A stretch of 64,000 nt of DNA, taken from an uncultured Bacteroidales bacterium. GTDB lineage: Bacteria > Bacteroidota > Bacteroidia > Bacteroidales > UBA10428. Both the position numbers and the translations under genes were made by a program. Below are positions 47,508 to 56,637 of the stretch, in pieces; position 1 is the first letter of the stretch, and every line of letters begins with the position of its first letter. The DNA lies in contig CAYWCR010000007.1 of the NCBI GenBank assembly GCA_964456825.1, positions 14,155 through 78,154 on the forward strand. Reading direction: 5' to 3'. The notes below the pieces were generated by a model that saw only the letters and a list, made by a program, of their open reading frames with translations, was not told the origin of the DNA and made no database searches.

Positions 47508-48656
47508 ATGACAATGAATGCTATAGTAGGATATAACGGAAGGGGTTGCCGTAAAATGATCAAAGATGCATCCGAAGCATCCGCCTGTGTGGATACCGGG
47601 TGCAACAAGCTGGATACTTTTGATTTCTTCAGCGATATACGGGAAGCTTATCAGAACGTTGACATCGTGGAAGTCCGGTTTAAGAACACCCGCAAGGGAT
47701 TCTTCAAAAATGTCAACAACCTGAAGCTGAAAAGGGGGGATATCATCGCCGTTGAGGCAAATCCGGGACATGATATCGGAATTGTTTCCCTGACAGGGGT
47801 ATTGGTAATACGGCAATTGATACGCAATAACATATCGGTCGAAAACACCGAATTCAAAAAGGTATACCGGAAGGCCAAGCCTGCAGACATTGAAAAATGG
47901 ATGGAAGCTATGGCGCTTGAACACGCCGCCATGATCAGGTCGCGTAAGATTGCCGAAGAGCTCAAACTCGAGATGAAGATCGGAGATGTGGAATATCAGG
48001 GCGATGGCACCAAGGCCATTTTTTATTATATAGCCGATGACAGGGTTGATTTTCGTGAACTGATCAAAGTACTGGCCGAACGTTTCAAGGTAAGGATAGA
48101 AATGAAACAGATCGGGGCCCGGCAGGAAGCCGGCCGCATCGGAGGAATCGGTTCCTGCGGGCGCGAGCTGTGCTGTTCCACCTGGATCACCAATTTTGTG
48201 TCGGTAACGACCAACGCCGCCCGTTACCAGGAAGTCTCACTCAACCCGCAAAAGCTCGCCGGCCAGTGCAGCAAGCTCAAATGCTGTCTCAATTACGAGC
48301 TGGCTGCTTACATCGATGCCCAAAAGGACTTCCCCGACCCGGATATCATATTGCATACAGAACAGGGACCTGCCTACCATCAGAAGACCGATGTATTCAA
48401 AAGGCATATGTGGTATTCCATGCAAAAGGATATGCCTTCGGAAATCTCCTGCCTCTCGGTGGACAAAGTGAATGAGATCATTGCCATGAATAAAAGGGGT
48501 GAAAAAGTAAAGAAGCTTGAAAGCATCCAACCTGTATCCATTGCCCCTATTCTTGATTACCATCAGCCTGCGGATGAGGAAAGCCTTTCACGTTTTGAAG
48601 ATAAGCCTCCTGAAACCCAGAAAAGAAAGAACAGAGACCATCGAAAACACCGGTAA
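47508..48656 (+). CDS. PSP1 domain protein (RicT/YaaT-like)
   Basis: PSP1 core with the cysteine-rich block GSCGRELCCSTW...KLKCCLNYE. It follows holB, as in many bacteria. Confidence 0.8.
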   Translation: MTMNAIVGYNGRGCRKMIKDASEASACVDTGCNKLDTFDFFSDIREAYQNVDIVEVRFKNTRKGFFKNVNNLKLKRGDIIAVEANPGHDIGIVSLTGVLVIRQLIRNNISVENTEFKKVYRKAKPADIEKWMEAMALEHAAMIRSRKIAEELKLEMKIGDVEYQGDGTKAIFYYIADDRVDFRELIKVLAERFKVRIEMKQIGARQEAGRIGGIGSCGRELCCSTWITNFVSVTTNAARYQEVSLNPQKLAGQCSKLKCCLNYELAAYIDAQKDFPDPDIILHTEQGPAYHQKTDVFKRHMWYSMQKDMPSEISCLSVDKVNEIIAMNKRGEKVKKLESIQPVSIAPILDYHQPADEESLSRFEDKPPETQKRKNRDHRKHR

Positions 48657-48657
48657 T

Positions 48658-49125
48658 ATGAAAAACCTGCTTTTCCCCGGACTTATTGCTGCCCTCCTGC
48701 TGATCAATGCCTGTGACGATGGGAAAGTTTATCATAAGTATGTCGAGATCCCGGGCAATACATGGAATGCCGGCAACATCATCCATTTTGATGTATCCAT
48801 AACGGATACCCGGCATTCCCACAATTTATACCTGCTGGTGAGGAACAATGCAAACTATAAATACAGCAACCTGTATCTTTTTATCACCACAACCTCCCCC
48901 ATGGGGTCTACGGTTCGCGATACCCTTGAGCTGATCCTTGCAGATCCAAAGGGTAAATGGGTCGGCAAGGGAGCAGCCGATGTTTATACCAGCCGTCATC
49001 CGTTTAAGATGAATGTCAGATTTCCCCATCACGGAATCTATTCTTTTGATATCCAGCAGGCCTTGTGGGACAATGACCTGAAAAACATATCCGATATCGG
49101 ACTGCAGATCGACCTGCTGCCATGA
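48658..49125 (+). CDS. gldH: Gliding motility lipoprotein GldH
   Basis: Lipobox LLINACDD. The blocks YKYSNLYLFI, ELILADPKGKWVGKG and ISDIGLQI match my memory of the GldH family. Start is ATG 48658, 2 nt after the PSP1 stop. Confidence 0.8.
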   Translation: MKNLLFPGLIAALLLINACDDGKVYHKYVEIPGNTWNAGNIIHFDVSITDTRHSHNLYLLVRNNANYKYSNLYLFITTTSPMGSTVRDTLELILADPKGKWVGKGAADVYTSRHPFKMNVRFPHHGIYSFDIQQALWDNDLKNISDIGLQIDLLP

Positions 49126-49168
49126 TCCTGCTGTTGCCGTGTAATCATCCATTATCCGTGAATGCATC

Positions 49169-49861
49169 GTGAAAAGAAAGCTGGAACGTTTCGCTGAAAT
49201 GAATACTTTCCCGAATGTTGTACAACCTTCCTTTGAGGAAGCTTTCCGCACTAATCACCCGCTGAAGGGAAACTGGAACAGGAATTTTTTTGGTGCTGAC
49301 CATCCGCTCATCCTCGAACTGGGATGCGGGAAAGGGGAATATACCGTTGGCCTTGCCGGCCTTTTTCCGGAATCCAATTTTATCGGCGTTGACATCAAGG
49401 GAGCCCGTATCTGGAAAGGTGCGAAAACCGCCCTGCTCAATAACACCCATAATGCAGGCTTCCTTCGGACCCGCATTGAATTTATCAACTCCTTTTTTGC
49501 CCCCGGAGAGGTGGATGAGATCTGGCTGACATTTCCTGATCCCCAGCTTGAAAAAAAACGCAAGCGGCTTACGGCGCCGAAATTTCTCAATACCTACCGG
49601 AATTTCCTTAAGGACAAGGGCACGGTGCACCTGAAAACCGACAATAAGGTATTGTACCGTTACACGCTGGATATCGTGCAGTACAACAAGCTTGAAATTG
49701 TCAGGAATACGGAGGACCTGTATGCCTCAGCCTTTGCCGACCCCATACTTTCGATCAGGACCTATTATGAAAGCCAGTTCATAACCATGGGTTTAGCCAT
49801 TCATTATATCAGTTTCCGCCTGCCCTATGACAAAAACATCGAAGAATTTCCGGAACGCTGA
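49169..49861 (+). CDS. trmB: tRNA (guanine-N7)-methyltransferase
   Basis: SAM motif LELGCGKGEY, plus FPDPQ/W...KR blocks. GTG start. Confidence 0.85.
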   Translation: MKRKLERFAEMNTFPNVVQPSFEEAFRTNHPLKGNWNRNFFGADHPLILELGCGKGEYTVGLAGLFPESNFIGVDIKGARIWKGAKTALLNNTHNAGFLRTRIEFINSFFAPGEVDEIWLTFPDPQLEKKRKRLTAPKFLNTYRNFLKDKGTVHLKTDNKVLYRYTLDIVQYNKLEIVRNTEDLYASAFADPILSIRTYYESQFITMGLAIHYISFRLPYDKNIEEFPER

Positions 49862-50189
49862 GCATGCCGATTTCTTTGACCAGGTATATGCGGTAACCAA
49901 ACTCATTCCTCCCGGCCGCGTGACAAGCTACGGCGCCATTGCCGCTTTCCTGGGATCGCCGCAGGCAGCTAGGACTGTGGGGTGGGCCATGAACGCATCC
50001 CACCTGCAATCCGGTTTTATCCCTGCCCACCGCGTGGTTAACCGCAATGGCCTGCTGACCGGCAGGCATCATTTCAGGTATCCCACCCTGATGCAGGAAT
50101 TACTGGAAAGCGAAGGGGTGATCGTGGTGGATGACCAGGTCAGGGATTTCAACAAGCTTTTCTGGGACCCTTCTAAAGAATTAATCTAA
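49827..50189 (+). CDS. Alkyltransferase-like (ATL) protein: MGMT DNA-binding domain lacking the acceptor cysteine
   Basis: Contains VTSYGAIAAFLG and IPAHRVVN, where MGMT proteins have IPCHRV. It overlaps the trmB 3' end by 35 nt. Confidence 0.7.
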   Translation: MTKTSKNFRNAEHADFFDQVYAVTKLIPPGRVTSYGAIAAFLGSPQAARTVGWAMNASHLQSGFIPAHRVVNRNGLLTGRHHFRYPTLMQELLESEGVIVVDDQVRDFNKLFWDPSKELI

Positions 50190-50218
50190 ATAAACATAAC
50201 AGATAATAAATTTAGCCC

Positions 50219-50226
50219 TATCTTTG
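50219..50226 (+). promoter_or_regulatory. Candidate -7 promoter box (TATCTTTG)
   Basis: TAnnTTTG match 29 nt upstream of ATG 50255. This favours that start over the track GTG at 50240. Confidence 0.4.
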
Positions 50227-50254
50227 ACACCATAACCCGGTGAACACTAACAGC

Positions 50255-51361
50255 ATGTATTACAGCGAAAACAGCGTGGTCGAAGTCCTGAAAAAAGTTA
50301 TTCATCCTGCTTTTAGCAAAGATATTGTTACCCTGGGCCTGGTAAAGGAGATGCACACTGAAAACGGCAAAGTGAGTTTTACCCTGTTTTTCAGGCATTC
50401 CAACGATCCGTTGAAAACATCCATTCAGAAAGCCTGTAAGCAGATCCTGAAAGAAGAGCTTGATCCTGATCTTGAAGTTGAAATAGATTTGCAAAGTGAA
50501 GCCCATGCTGACAGCAAGACCGAAAGGCCTATGCTTTCAGGGGTGAAGAATATCATAGCCATTGCATCCGGCAAGGGGGGCGTAGGCAAATCTACGGTGG
50601 CCGTTAACCTGGCTGTCGCTTTTGCCCGTGCGGGATTCAATGTGGGGCTGCTCGATGCGGATGTTTTCGGCCCTTCGGTGCCCAAAATGCTGGGATTGGA
50701 AAACGAACAGCCGCAGATCAAAAAAGAAAATGAAAAGGATATTATCATACCCCTTGAAAAATACGGGATCAAAATCCTTTCTATCGGATTATTTGTAAAA
50801 CCATCCGATGCTGCCATTTGGCGCGGCCCCATGGCTTCCAATGCTTTTCAGCAATTGATGGGCGATTCCGACTGGGGTAAACTCGACTACCTGTTTGTCG
50901 ACCTGCCCCCGGGGACCAGCGATATACACCTCACCCTGGTGCAGTGTGTTGCCGTGACCGGTGCCGTCATTGTCAGTACGCCCCAGGATATTGCGCTTGC
51001 CGATGTCATCAAAGGCATTAGCATGTTCAGAAATCCTTCCATCCAGGTTCCGGTGCTCGGGCTTATTGAAAATATGGCCTGGTTCACGCCCGAGGAATTG
51101 CCTGAAAACAGATATTACATTTTCGGAAAAGAAGGCTGCAAAAAACTGGCGGCCGAATATGATATCCCCTTTCTCGGACAAATCCCGCTGATACAAGGAA
51201 TCCGGGAAAGCGGCGATGCCGGCGAGCCTGCCGTGCTGGGTAAGAAAGCTATCGGTGAATCGTTCAAAACCATTGCTGACAAGCTGGTAACAGAGGTCAC
51301 AAGACGAAATGCCGAACAGCAACCGACCCAGAAGGTAAATATGAATTACTACAGGAAATAG
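50255..51361 (+). CDS. apbC: Mrp/NBP35-family Fe-S cluster carrier ATPase (ApbC)
   Basis: N-terminal DUF59-like domain, deviant Walker A ASGKGGVGKST, and MAWF...Y..FG. Confidence 0.9.
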   Translation: MYYSENSVVEVLKKVIHPAFSKDIVTLGLVKEMHTENGKVSFTLFFRHSNDPLKTSIQKACKQILKEELDPDLEVEIDLQSEAHADSKTERPMLSGVKNIIAIASGKGGVGKSTVAVNLAVAFARAGFNVGLLDADVFGPSVPKMLGLENEQPQIKKENEKDIIIPLEKYGIKILSIGLFVKPSDAAIWRGPMASNAFQQLMGDSDWGKLDYLFVDLPPGTSDIHLTLVQCVAVTGAVIVSTPQDIALADVIKGISMFRNPSIQVPVLGLIENMAWFTPEELPENRYYIFGKEGCKKLAAEYDIPFLGQIPLIQGIRESGDAGEPAVLGKKAIGESFKTIADKLVTEVTRRNAEQQPTQKVNMNYYRK

Positions 51362-51363
51362 AA

Positions 51364-51630
51364 GTGAAAAAACATACTGCAATGGAAAATAACCGTAAAA
51401 AAGAGTTGATGCAAAAGATCCATTTGGCGATCGAATCCGTCAGGCCTTACCTTAATGCCGATGGTGGTGATGTGGAACTGATTGACCTTACTGAAGATCT
51501 TATTGTCAAAGTACGCCTGACGGGTGCCTGTGACGGATGCCCCTTCAGCCTGATGACCCTGAAAGCAGGCATCGAACAGGCAGTCCGTAAAAATGTACCC
51601 GAAATAAAGGAACTGGTGACCGTTGAATAA
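51364..51630 (+). CDS. NifU-like Fe-S scaffold domain protein
   Basis: ADGGDVELIDL...VKVRLTGACDGCPFS is the NifU C-terminal domain. The start is GTG 51364 or ATG 51382. Confidence 0.85.
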   Translation: MKKHTAMENNRKKELMQKIHLAIESVRPYLNADGGDVELIDLTEDLIVKVRLTGACDGCPFSLMTLKAGIEQAVRKNVPEIKELVTVE

Positions 51631-51802
51631 TTCAGGCTTATTTCCCGGTTTATCCGTTAAAGCCTTTCAGGAAGCTGTAAACAGTGTTGAAGCATCAGGG
51701 AATTGGTTTTCTTTCATAATTCAGTTTTTTCTTATTCTTATAATAAATATTTTTACGTTGCTAAAATAAACTGACATGTCCTGGTGTTTATTATGCTGGG
51801 AT

Positions 51803-51840
51803 TCAAATCAACTCAATCAACCAATAAACCAATAAACCGC
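51803..51840 (-). repeat. Octamer tract (minus strand GGTTTATT GGTTTATT GGTTGATT GAGTTGATT)
   Basis: Plus strand TCAAATCAACTCAATCAACCAATAAACCAATAAACC ends 15 nt before the PorW/SprE-like ATG. It uses the same word family as the 38499-38518 tract, in inverted orientation. Confidence 0.7.
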
Positions 51841-51854
51841 CTGCAAATCATTCC

Positions 51855-54509
51855 ATGAAAAGATCGCTGTTCAACATTATGATGGTCATGACAATCGTGC
51901 TGGTGATGGTTGCCGCCTGCAGTACGCAGAAAAATACCCCTGTGACGCGGTTTTATCATAACGTGACGGCCAAATACAATGTTCTTTTCAATGGCAATGA
52001 GAGTTACAACAAGGCCATAAGAAAAATGGAAGAAACCTATATGCACGATTATACTGAAGTGCTGCCGGTTTTCCTTTATGGTGATCCCGAGATGGCCAAA
52101 GCGATCGCATCGGACATGGACAGGACAATCAAAAAGACATCCAAGCTTATATCCCTTCACTCCATAACCGTTAAGCCCAAGGTCAAGAATACCAAAAACC
52201 TCAGTCCAAAACAACGGGAATTTTTTAACCATAAAGAGTTCAACGACTTCGTCGATGATGCTTATCTGCTTATGGGCAAAGCCCATTTTCACAAGCATGA
52301 TTTTGGTCTGGCAACTGAAACCTTTCGTTTGCTTATTAATGATTTCAAAAATGACCCTGTGGTGGATGAAGCGCAATTGTGGCTTGCCAGAACTTATAAC
52401 GAGACCGCCCAGTTCAAAAGTTCCGAAGAAATCCTGAATTTTCTTTCCCACAAGGATGACTTTCCAAAAGAACTTACGGCAGACCTGCAGGCAACCTTTG
52501 CTGATTTCTATCTCAAGCAGAACGATTACAAATCATCCATTGAATCACTCGAAAAAACACTGGAATATAAGCTTTCAAAAATCAATAAAACCCGGTATTC
52601 GTTCATCCTGGCACAATTGTACGAAAAAACCGGAAATCTTAAAAAGGCAACCGACCTTTACGGACAGGTCATCAGGATGAACCCGTCCTATACCATGGCC
52701 TTCAACGCGCGCATTAACCGCGCACTGACCTATCAGCAGGGTTTTGGCGCATCCGGTGAAATTGAACAGGAGCTGCTGAAAATGCTGAAGGATGATAAAA
52801 ACCTTGAATATCGTGATCAGATCTATTATGCCCTTGGAGATCTTGCTGCCAAAGAAGGCAAACGGGAGAAAGCTATCGAACAGTATAAAAACTCTGTGCT
52901 TTACAATACCCGGAATGCCGACCAGAAAGCCCGGTCGTATCTTACCCTGGCAGACCTGTATTACAGCCTGCCTGATTATGTTAATGCACAGGCTTATTAC
53001 GACAGCACAGTCACATTGATCGATCCTTCATTTAAAGGCTATGAGCTGATCAGCGCCAAATCAGCGAATCTTACCCGGCTGGTCACGGAAATCAATACTT
53101 TCACCCTGGAAGACAGTGTCCAGCGGCTTGCTTCGTTCAGCGATCAGGAATTGTTTGCCTTTGTTGACAATATCATTGAAGGGGTACGCCAACAGGAAGA
53201 GCTGGAAAGGCAAAAGGAGCAGGACCGGTTGCTGAACGAACAATTCGGCCAGGAGATGACGGACCAGAACTACCGGTCACCGACTGACCAGGCTTCACAG
53301 GCAAAGTGGTATTTTTATAATGATGCAACAAAGAACATGGGTTATAAAGAGTTCAGGCTGAAATGGGGAAATCGTAAACTCGAAGACCACTGGCAGCGCC
53401 AGAATAAAAACATAGCCGCCTTTGCCTCAGGAACGGAAAGCGGTGAAACTGAAGCAGAAGAAGCTGTGCAGGATAAACAGCTCAGCAATAAAACCCGTGA
53501 ATATTATCTCCGGAACGTTCCCCGTAACGACTCTATGATGCAGGCCTCCCACAAACGAACAGAAGATGCCCTTTATAACATGGGTGTCATTTACAGAAAT
53601 GAACTGAAAGACAACAGCAAGGCAAAAGAATCCTTTCGTGAACTGCTGAAAAGATACCCTTTATCAGGGCACAGGCTTGCCGTATATTATAACCTTTACT
53701 CGATGGCCAAAGAAGAAGGCGACCCGTCTATGATGTCCAGCAACCAGCAAAAGATCACCGCTGAATTTCCCGAAAGTGTATATGCTAAAATGCTGACCAA
53801 CCCTGATTACATTAAGGAAATCGAGGCTGAAGAAAAGCGCATTATCCGCCACTATGAAGAGACTTATGATCTGTTTCAGCTGGGCAATTATCCTGAGGTC
53901 ATAACACGGTCAGCCTATGCTCTTGCCAATTACCCTGCTGATCCACTGATCCCGCAGTATGAGTATCTCAGTGTTTTATCGTTGGGGAAGACCGCAGATG
54001 CCAAAACATTCCGTGAGGCGCTGAATGAAATTATTACAAAATACCCTGCAACTGAAGTGTCAGAAGCCTCACAGAACATCATCACCTATATGAACAAAGA
54101 ACACCCCGAATTACTGGAAGAAGAAGAGAAGGCAAAGGCAGAAGAGCTTTATCAGGTTGATGATAATTCCGAACACAGGGTAGCCTTTGTAGTAAACAAA
54201 AAGTCAAATAATAATCAGCTGATATTTAATCTTATCAATTTTAACCTGGATAATTTTGACAGCGAAAACCTCACCGTTGAAACCGTTGAGATCAGCACGC
54301 AGCAAAGTTTATTGCTGATAAAATCCTTCCGGGGCAGAACAGAAGCCTCTCAGTATATTGAGCGTGTGAGGGCAGACGAAAAAGTGCTCAGGGATTATGA
54401 TAATCCATCCTTGGAAATTGTATCCATTTCAGCCGGGAACCTCAGGATCCTGCTTGAGGATAAATCCCCTGCGAGGTATCTGAAATTCTATACCGAACAT
54501 TATGAATAA
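51855..54509 (+). CDS. TPR-repeat lipoprotein, probable T9SS component PorW/SprE
   Basis: Lipobox VMVAACSTQKNTP. The conserved-looking N-terminal block RFYHNVTAKYNVLFNGNESY matches my recollection of SprE/PorW. TPR repeats run throughout. At 884 aa it is close to F. johnsoniae SprE. It lies adjacent to porX. Confidence 0.55.
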   Translation: MKRSLFNIMMVMTIVLVMVAACSTQKNTPVTRFYHNVTAKYNVLFNGNESYNKAIRKMEETYMHDYTEVLPVFLYGDPEMAKAIASDMDRTIKKTSKLISLHSITVKPKVKNTKNLSPKQREFFNHKEFNDFVDDAYLLMGKAHFHKHDFGLATETFRLLINDFKNDPVVDEAQLWLARTYNETAQFKSSEEILNFLSHKDDFPKELTADLQATFADFYLKQNDYKSSIESLEKTLEYKLSKINKTRYSFILAQLYEKTGNLKKATDLYGQVIRMNPSYTMAFNARINRALTYQQGFGASGEIEQELLKMLKDDKNLEYRDQIYYALGDLAAKEGKREKAIEQYKNSVLYNTRNADQKARSYLTLADLYYSLPDYVNAQAYYDSTVTLIDPSFKGYELISAKSANLTRLVTEINTFTLEDSVQRLASFSDQELFAFVDNIIEGVRQQEELERQKEQDRLLNEQFGQEMTDQNYRSPTDQASQAKWYFYNDATKNMGYKEFRLKWGNRKLEDHWQRQNKNIAAFASGTESGETEAEEAVQDKQLSNKTREYYLRNVPRNDSMMQASHKRTEDALYNMGVIYRNELKDNSKAKESFRELLKRYPLSGHRLAVYYNLYSMAKEEGDPSMMSSNQQKITAEFPESVYAKMLTNPDYIKEIEAEEKRIIRHYEETYDLFQLGNYPEVITRSAYALANYPADPLIPQYEYLSVLSLGKTADAKTFREALNEIITKYPATEVSEASQNIITYMNKEHPELLEEEEKAKAEELYQVDDNSEHRVAFVVNKKSNNNQLIFNLINFNLDNFDSENLTVETVEISTQQSLLLIKSFRGRTEASQYIERVRADEKVLRDYDNPSLEIVSISAGNLRILLEDKSPARYLKFYTEHYE

Positions 54510-56073
54510 TCCATCCCCTATGAAAAAGATCAGAATATTGTGGGTGGATGATGAAATGGATCTGCTTAAGCCTCATATCATGTTTCTGCAGGAGAAGGGA
54601 TATGAAATGGAAACGGCTACCAATGGCCAGGATGCCATTGAAGTGGTGAAAAGCAGGTATGTTGACCTTGTTTTCCTCGATGAGAATATGCCGGGACTGA
54701 GCGGCATAGAAACCCTCGGTAAAATTAAAGGCTTAAACGCCAACCTTCCGGTTATCATGATCACCAAAAGCGAAGAGGAAAATATAATGGAAGCTGCGCT
54801 GGGAGCAAAAATTGCCGACTATCTTATCAAACCTGTTAACCCCAACCAGATATTGCTTTCCATTAAAAAGAACCTTGACACCAAAAAGCTTATTACCCGC
54901 GAGACAACTTCAGCCTATCAGTCTGAGTTTTCTGCCATCGGACTGAAAATCAATAGCGCCACTACCTACGCGGAATGGGAGGAGATCTATAAAAAGCTTG
55001 TTTTCTGGGAACTTGAGTTTGAGCGGTCAGAAGACCAGGGTATGACGGAAGTGTTCAGGATGCAAAAAGCGGAGGCTGATGCAGGTTTCAGCAGGTTTAT
55101 CCGCAACAACTATGCCGGCTGGTTTAAAGAGAATACCCCCGACAAACCCCTGCTATCACACAATGTTTTTAAGGAGAAGGTTTTTCCGCTTGTAGAGGCT
55201 GGACAGAAGGTCTTTGTTATCCTGATCGACAATCTCCGCTTCGATCAATGGCGGGTCATCACCCCGGTCATCAACGAATATCTTATTGCGCGTGAGGATT
55301 CACTGTTTTGCAGCATCCTGCCCACGGCCACGCAATATGCCCGGAATGCCATGTTTGCCGGACTTATGCCCCGGGAGATCCAGTCCCTGAATCCTGATCT
55401 CTGGCTCAACGATGATGAAGAAGGAGCCAAAAATATGAACGAGGAGGAACTGTTGCAGAAACACCTCAACAGGCTTGGAAAGAAATTCAGGCTTTATTAT
55501 GATAAGATCATCCATGCTAAAAGCGGGAAAAAGCTTGTGGAAAATTTTAATAACCTGCTGAATTATGACCTGGTCGTTGTGGTTTATAATTTCATTGACC
55601 TGCTTTCTCATGCCAACACCGAGATGAATATGATCAGGGAGCTTGCCGGCAGTGATTCGGCATACCGGTCACTGGTCCTATCCTGGTTTCAGCATTCCCA
55701 TCTGTTTGATTTCATCCGGCTGCTGGCCGGAAAAAACGTGACGGTGATCTTTACCACCGATCACGGTTCCATACGGGTAAACAATCCTGTAAAAGTCATC
55801 GGCGATAAGAAGACCTCTGCCAACCTGCGCTATAAAATGGGAAAAAACCTGAATTATAACCCTAAAGAAGTATATGAACTGGGAGACCCTTTTATTGCCC
55901 ATCTTCCAAAAGCCGATGTCAGCTCAAAGTATATCTTCTCCCTCGCGCATGATTTTTTCGTCTATCCAAACAACTATAATTATTACGTGAATTATTACAG
56001 GAATACTTACCAGCATGGCGGCATATCCATGGAGGAAATGCTGGTGCCCCTGGCTGTCATGACACCCCGCTAA
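54502..56073 (+). CDS. porX: T9SS response regulator PorX (receiver + PglZ/alkaline-phosphatase-like domain)
   Basis: ILWVDDEMDLLKPHIMFLQEKGY...FLDENMPGLSG...IADYLIKPVNPNQILLS is followed by a PglZ-type domain (TDHGS). The start is ATG 54502 (8-nt overlap with the previous gene) or ATG 54520. Confidence 0.85.
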   Translation: MNNPSPMKKIRILWVDDEMDLLKPHIMFLQEKGYEMETATNGQDAIEVVKSRYVDLVFLDENMPGLSGIETLGKIKGLNANLPVIMITKSEEENIMEAALGAKIADYLIKPVNPNQILLSIKKNLDTKKLITRETTSAYQSEFSAIGLKINSATTYAEWEEIYKKLVFWELEFERSEDQGMTEVFRMQKAEADAGFSRFIRNNYAGWFKENTPDKPLLSHNVFKEKVFPLVEAGQKVFVILIDNLRFDQWRVITPVINEYLIAREDSLFCSILPTATQYARNAMFAGLMPREIQSLNPDLWLNDDEEGAKNMNEEELLQKHLNRLGKKFRLYYDKIIHAKSGKKLVENFNNLLNYDLVVVVYNFIDLLSHANTEMNMIRELAGSDSAYRSLVLSWFQHSHLFDFIRLLAGKNVTVIFTTDHGSIRVNNPVKVIGDKKTSANLRYKMGKNLNYNPKEVYELGDPFIAHLPKADVSSKYIFSLAHDFFVYPNNYNYYVNYYRNTYQHGGISMEEMLVPLAVMTPR

Positions 56074-56090
56074 TCAGATGTACCGAGGAT

Positions 56091-56516
56091 ATGCATACCC
56101 TTGAGATCCCTTCACTGCAACAAATAACGCATGCATCCCAACGCTTCCTGGAGCTCACAAAAGGGCATAAGAAATTTGCATTCACCGGTGACATGGGAAG
56201 CGGGAAAACCACTATTATCAGCGCCATATGCCGGCAGCTGGGGGTCATAAACCTGGTTACCAGCCCTTCTTTTGCACTGGTCAACGAATACCATACCGCT
56301 TCCGGTGAGTTGGTTTTCCATTTTGATTTCTACCGCATCAAATCAATTTCAGAGGCTTTTGACCTGGGTTATGAAGAGTATTTTTTCAGTGATGCCTGGT
56401 GTTTCATCGAATGGGCTGAAAAGGCTGCAGAAATCCTTCCGGAGGAATTCATCGCGGTACATATTGCAGTGATGAAGGATAATGCAAGGAGGGTGACCAT
56501 AGCATTAAAGGATTAA
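56091..56516 (+). CDS. tsaE: tRNA t6A biosynthesis ATPase TsaE
   Basis: The GDMGSGKTT P-loop, SPSFALVNEY, and HFDFYR. Confidence 0.9.
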   Translation: MHTLEIPSLQQITHASQRFLELTKGHKKFAFTGDMGSGKTTIISAICRQLGVINLVTSPSFALVNEYHTASGELVFHFDFYRIKSISEAFDLGYEEYFFSDAWCFIEWAEKAAEILPEEFIAVHIAVMKDNARRVTIALKD

Positions 56517-56637
56517 GTGTTGTTGTGGCGATTGTCTGATCCTGAGTCCATCCATTATTCAGCTTATAAATTAATTTGACTATATCCTCCATATGTATTA
56601 ATTTAGGTACGAATAATGGTTAATAAATACAGCTGGC

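Noticed and set aside
51813-52451. 212-aa ORF antisense to the PorW/SprE-like gene. The same applies to 50789..51382, 47406..47924, 40053..40658, 37314..37829 and 3391..4035.
   Set aside because: All are embedded antisense in genes that have clear family motifs. None has any motif of its own.
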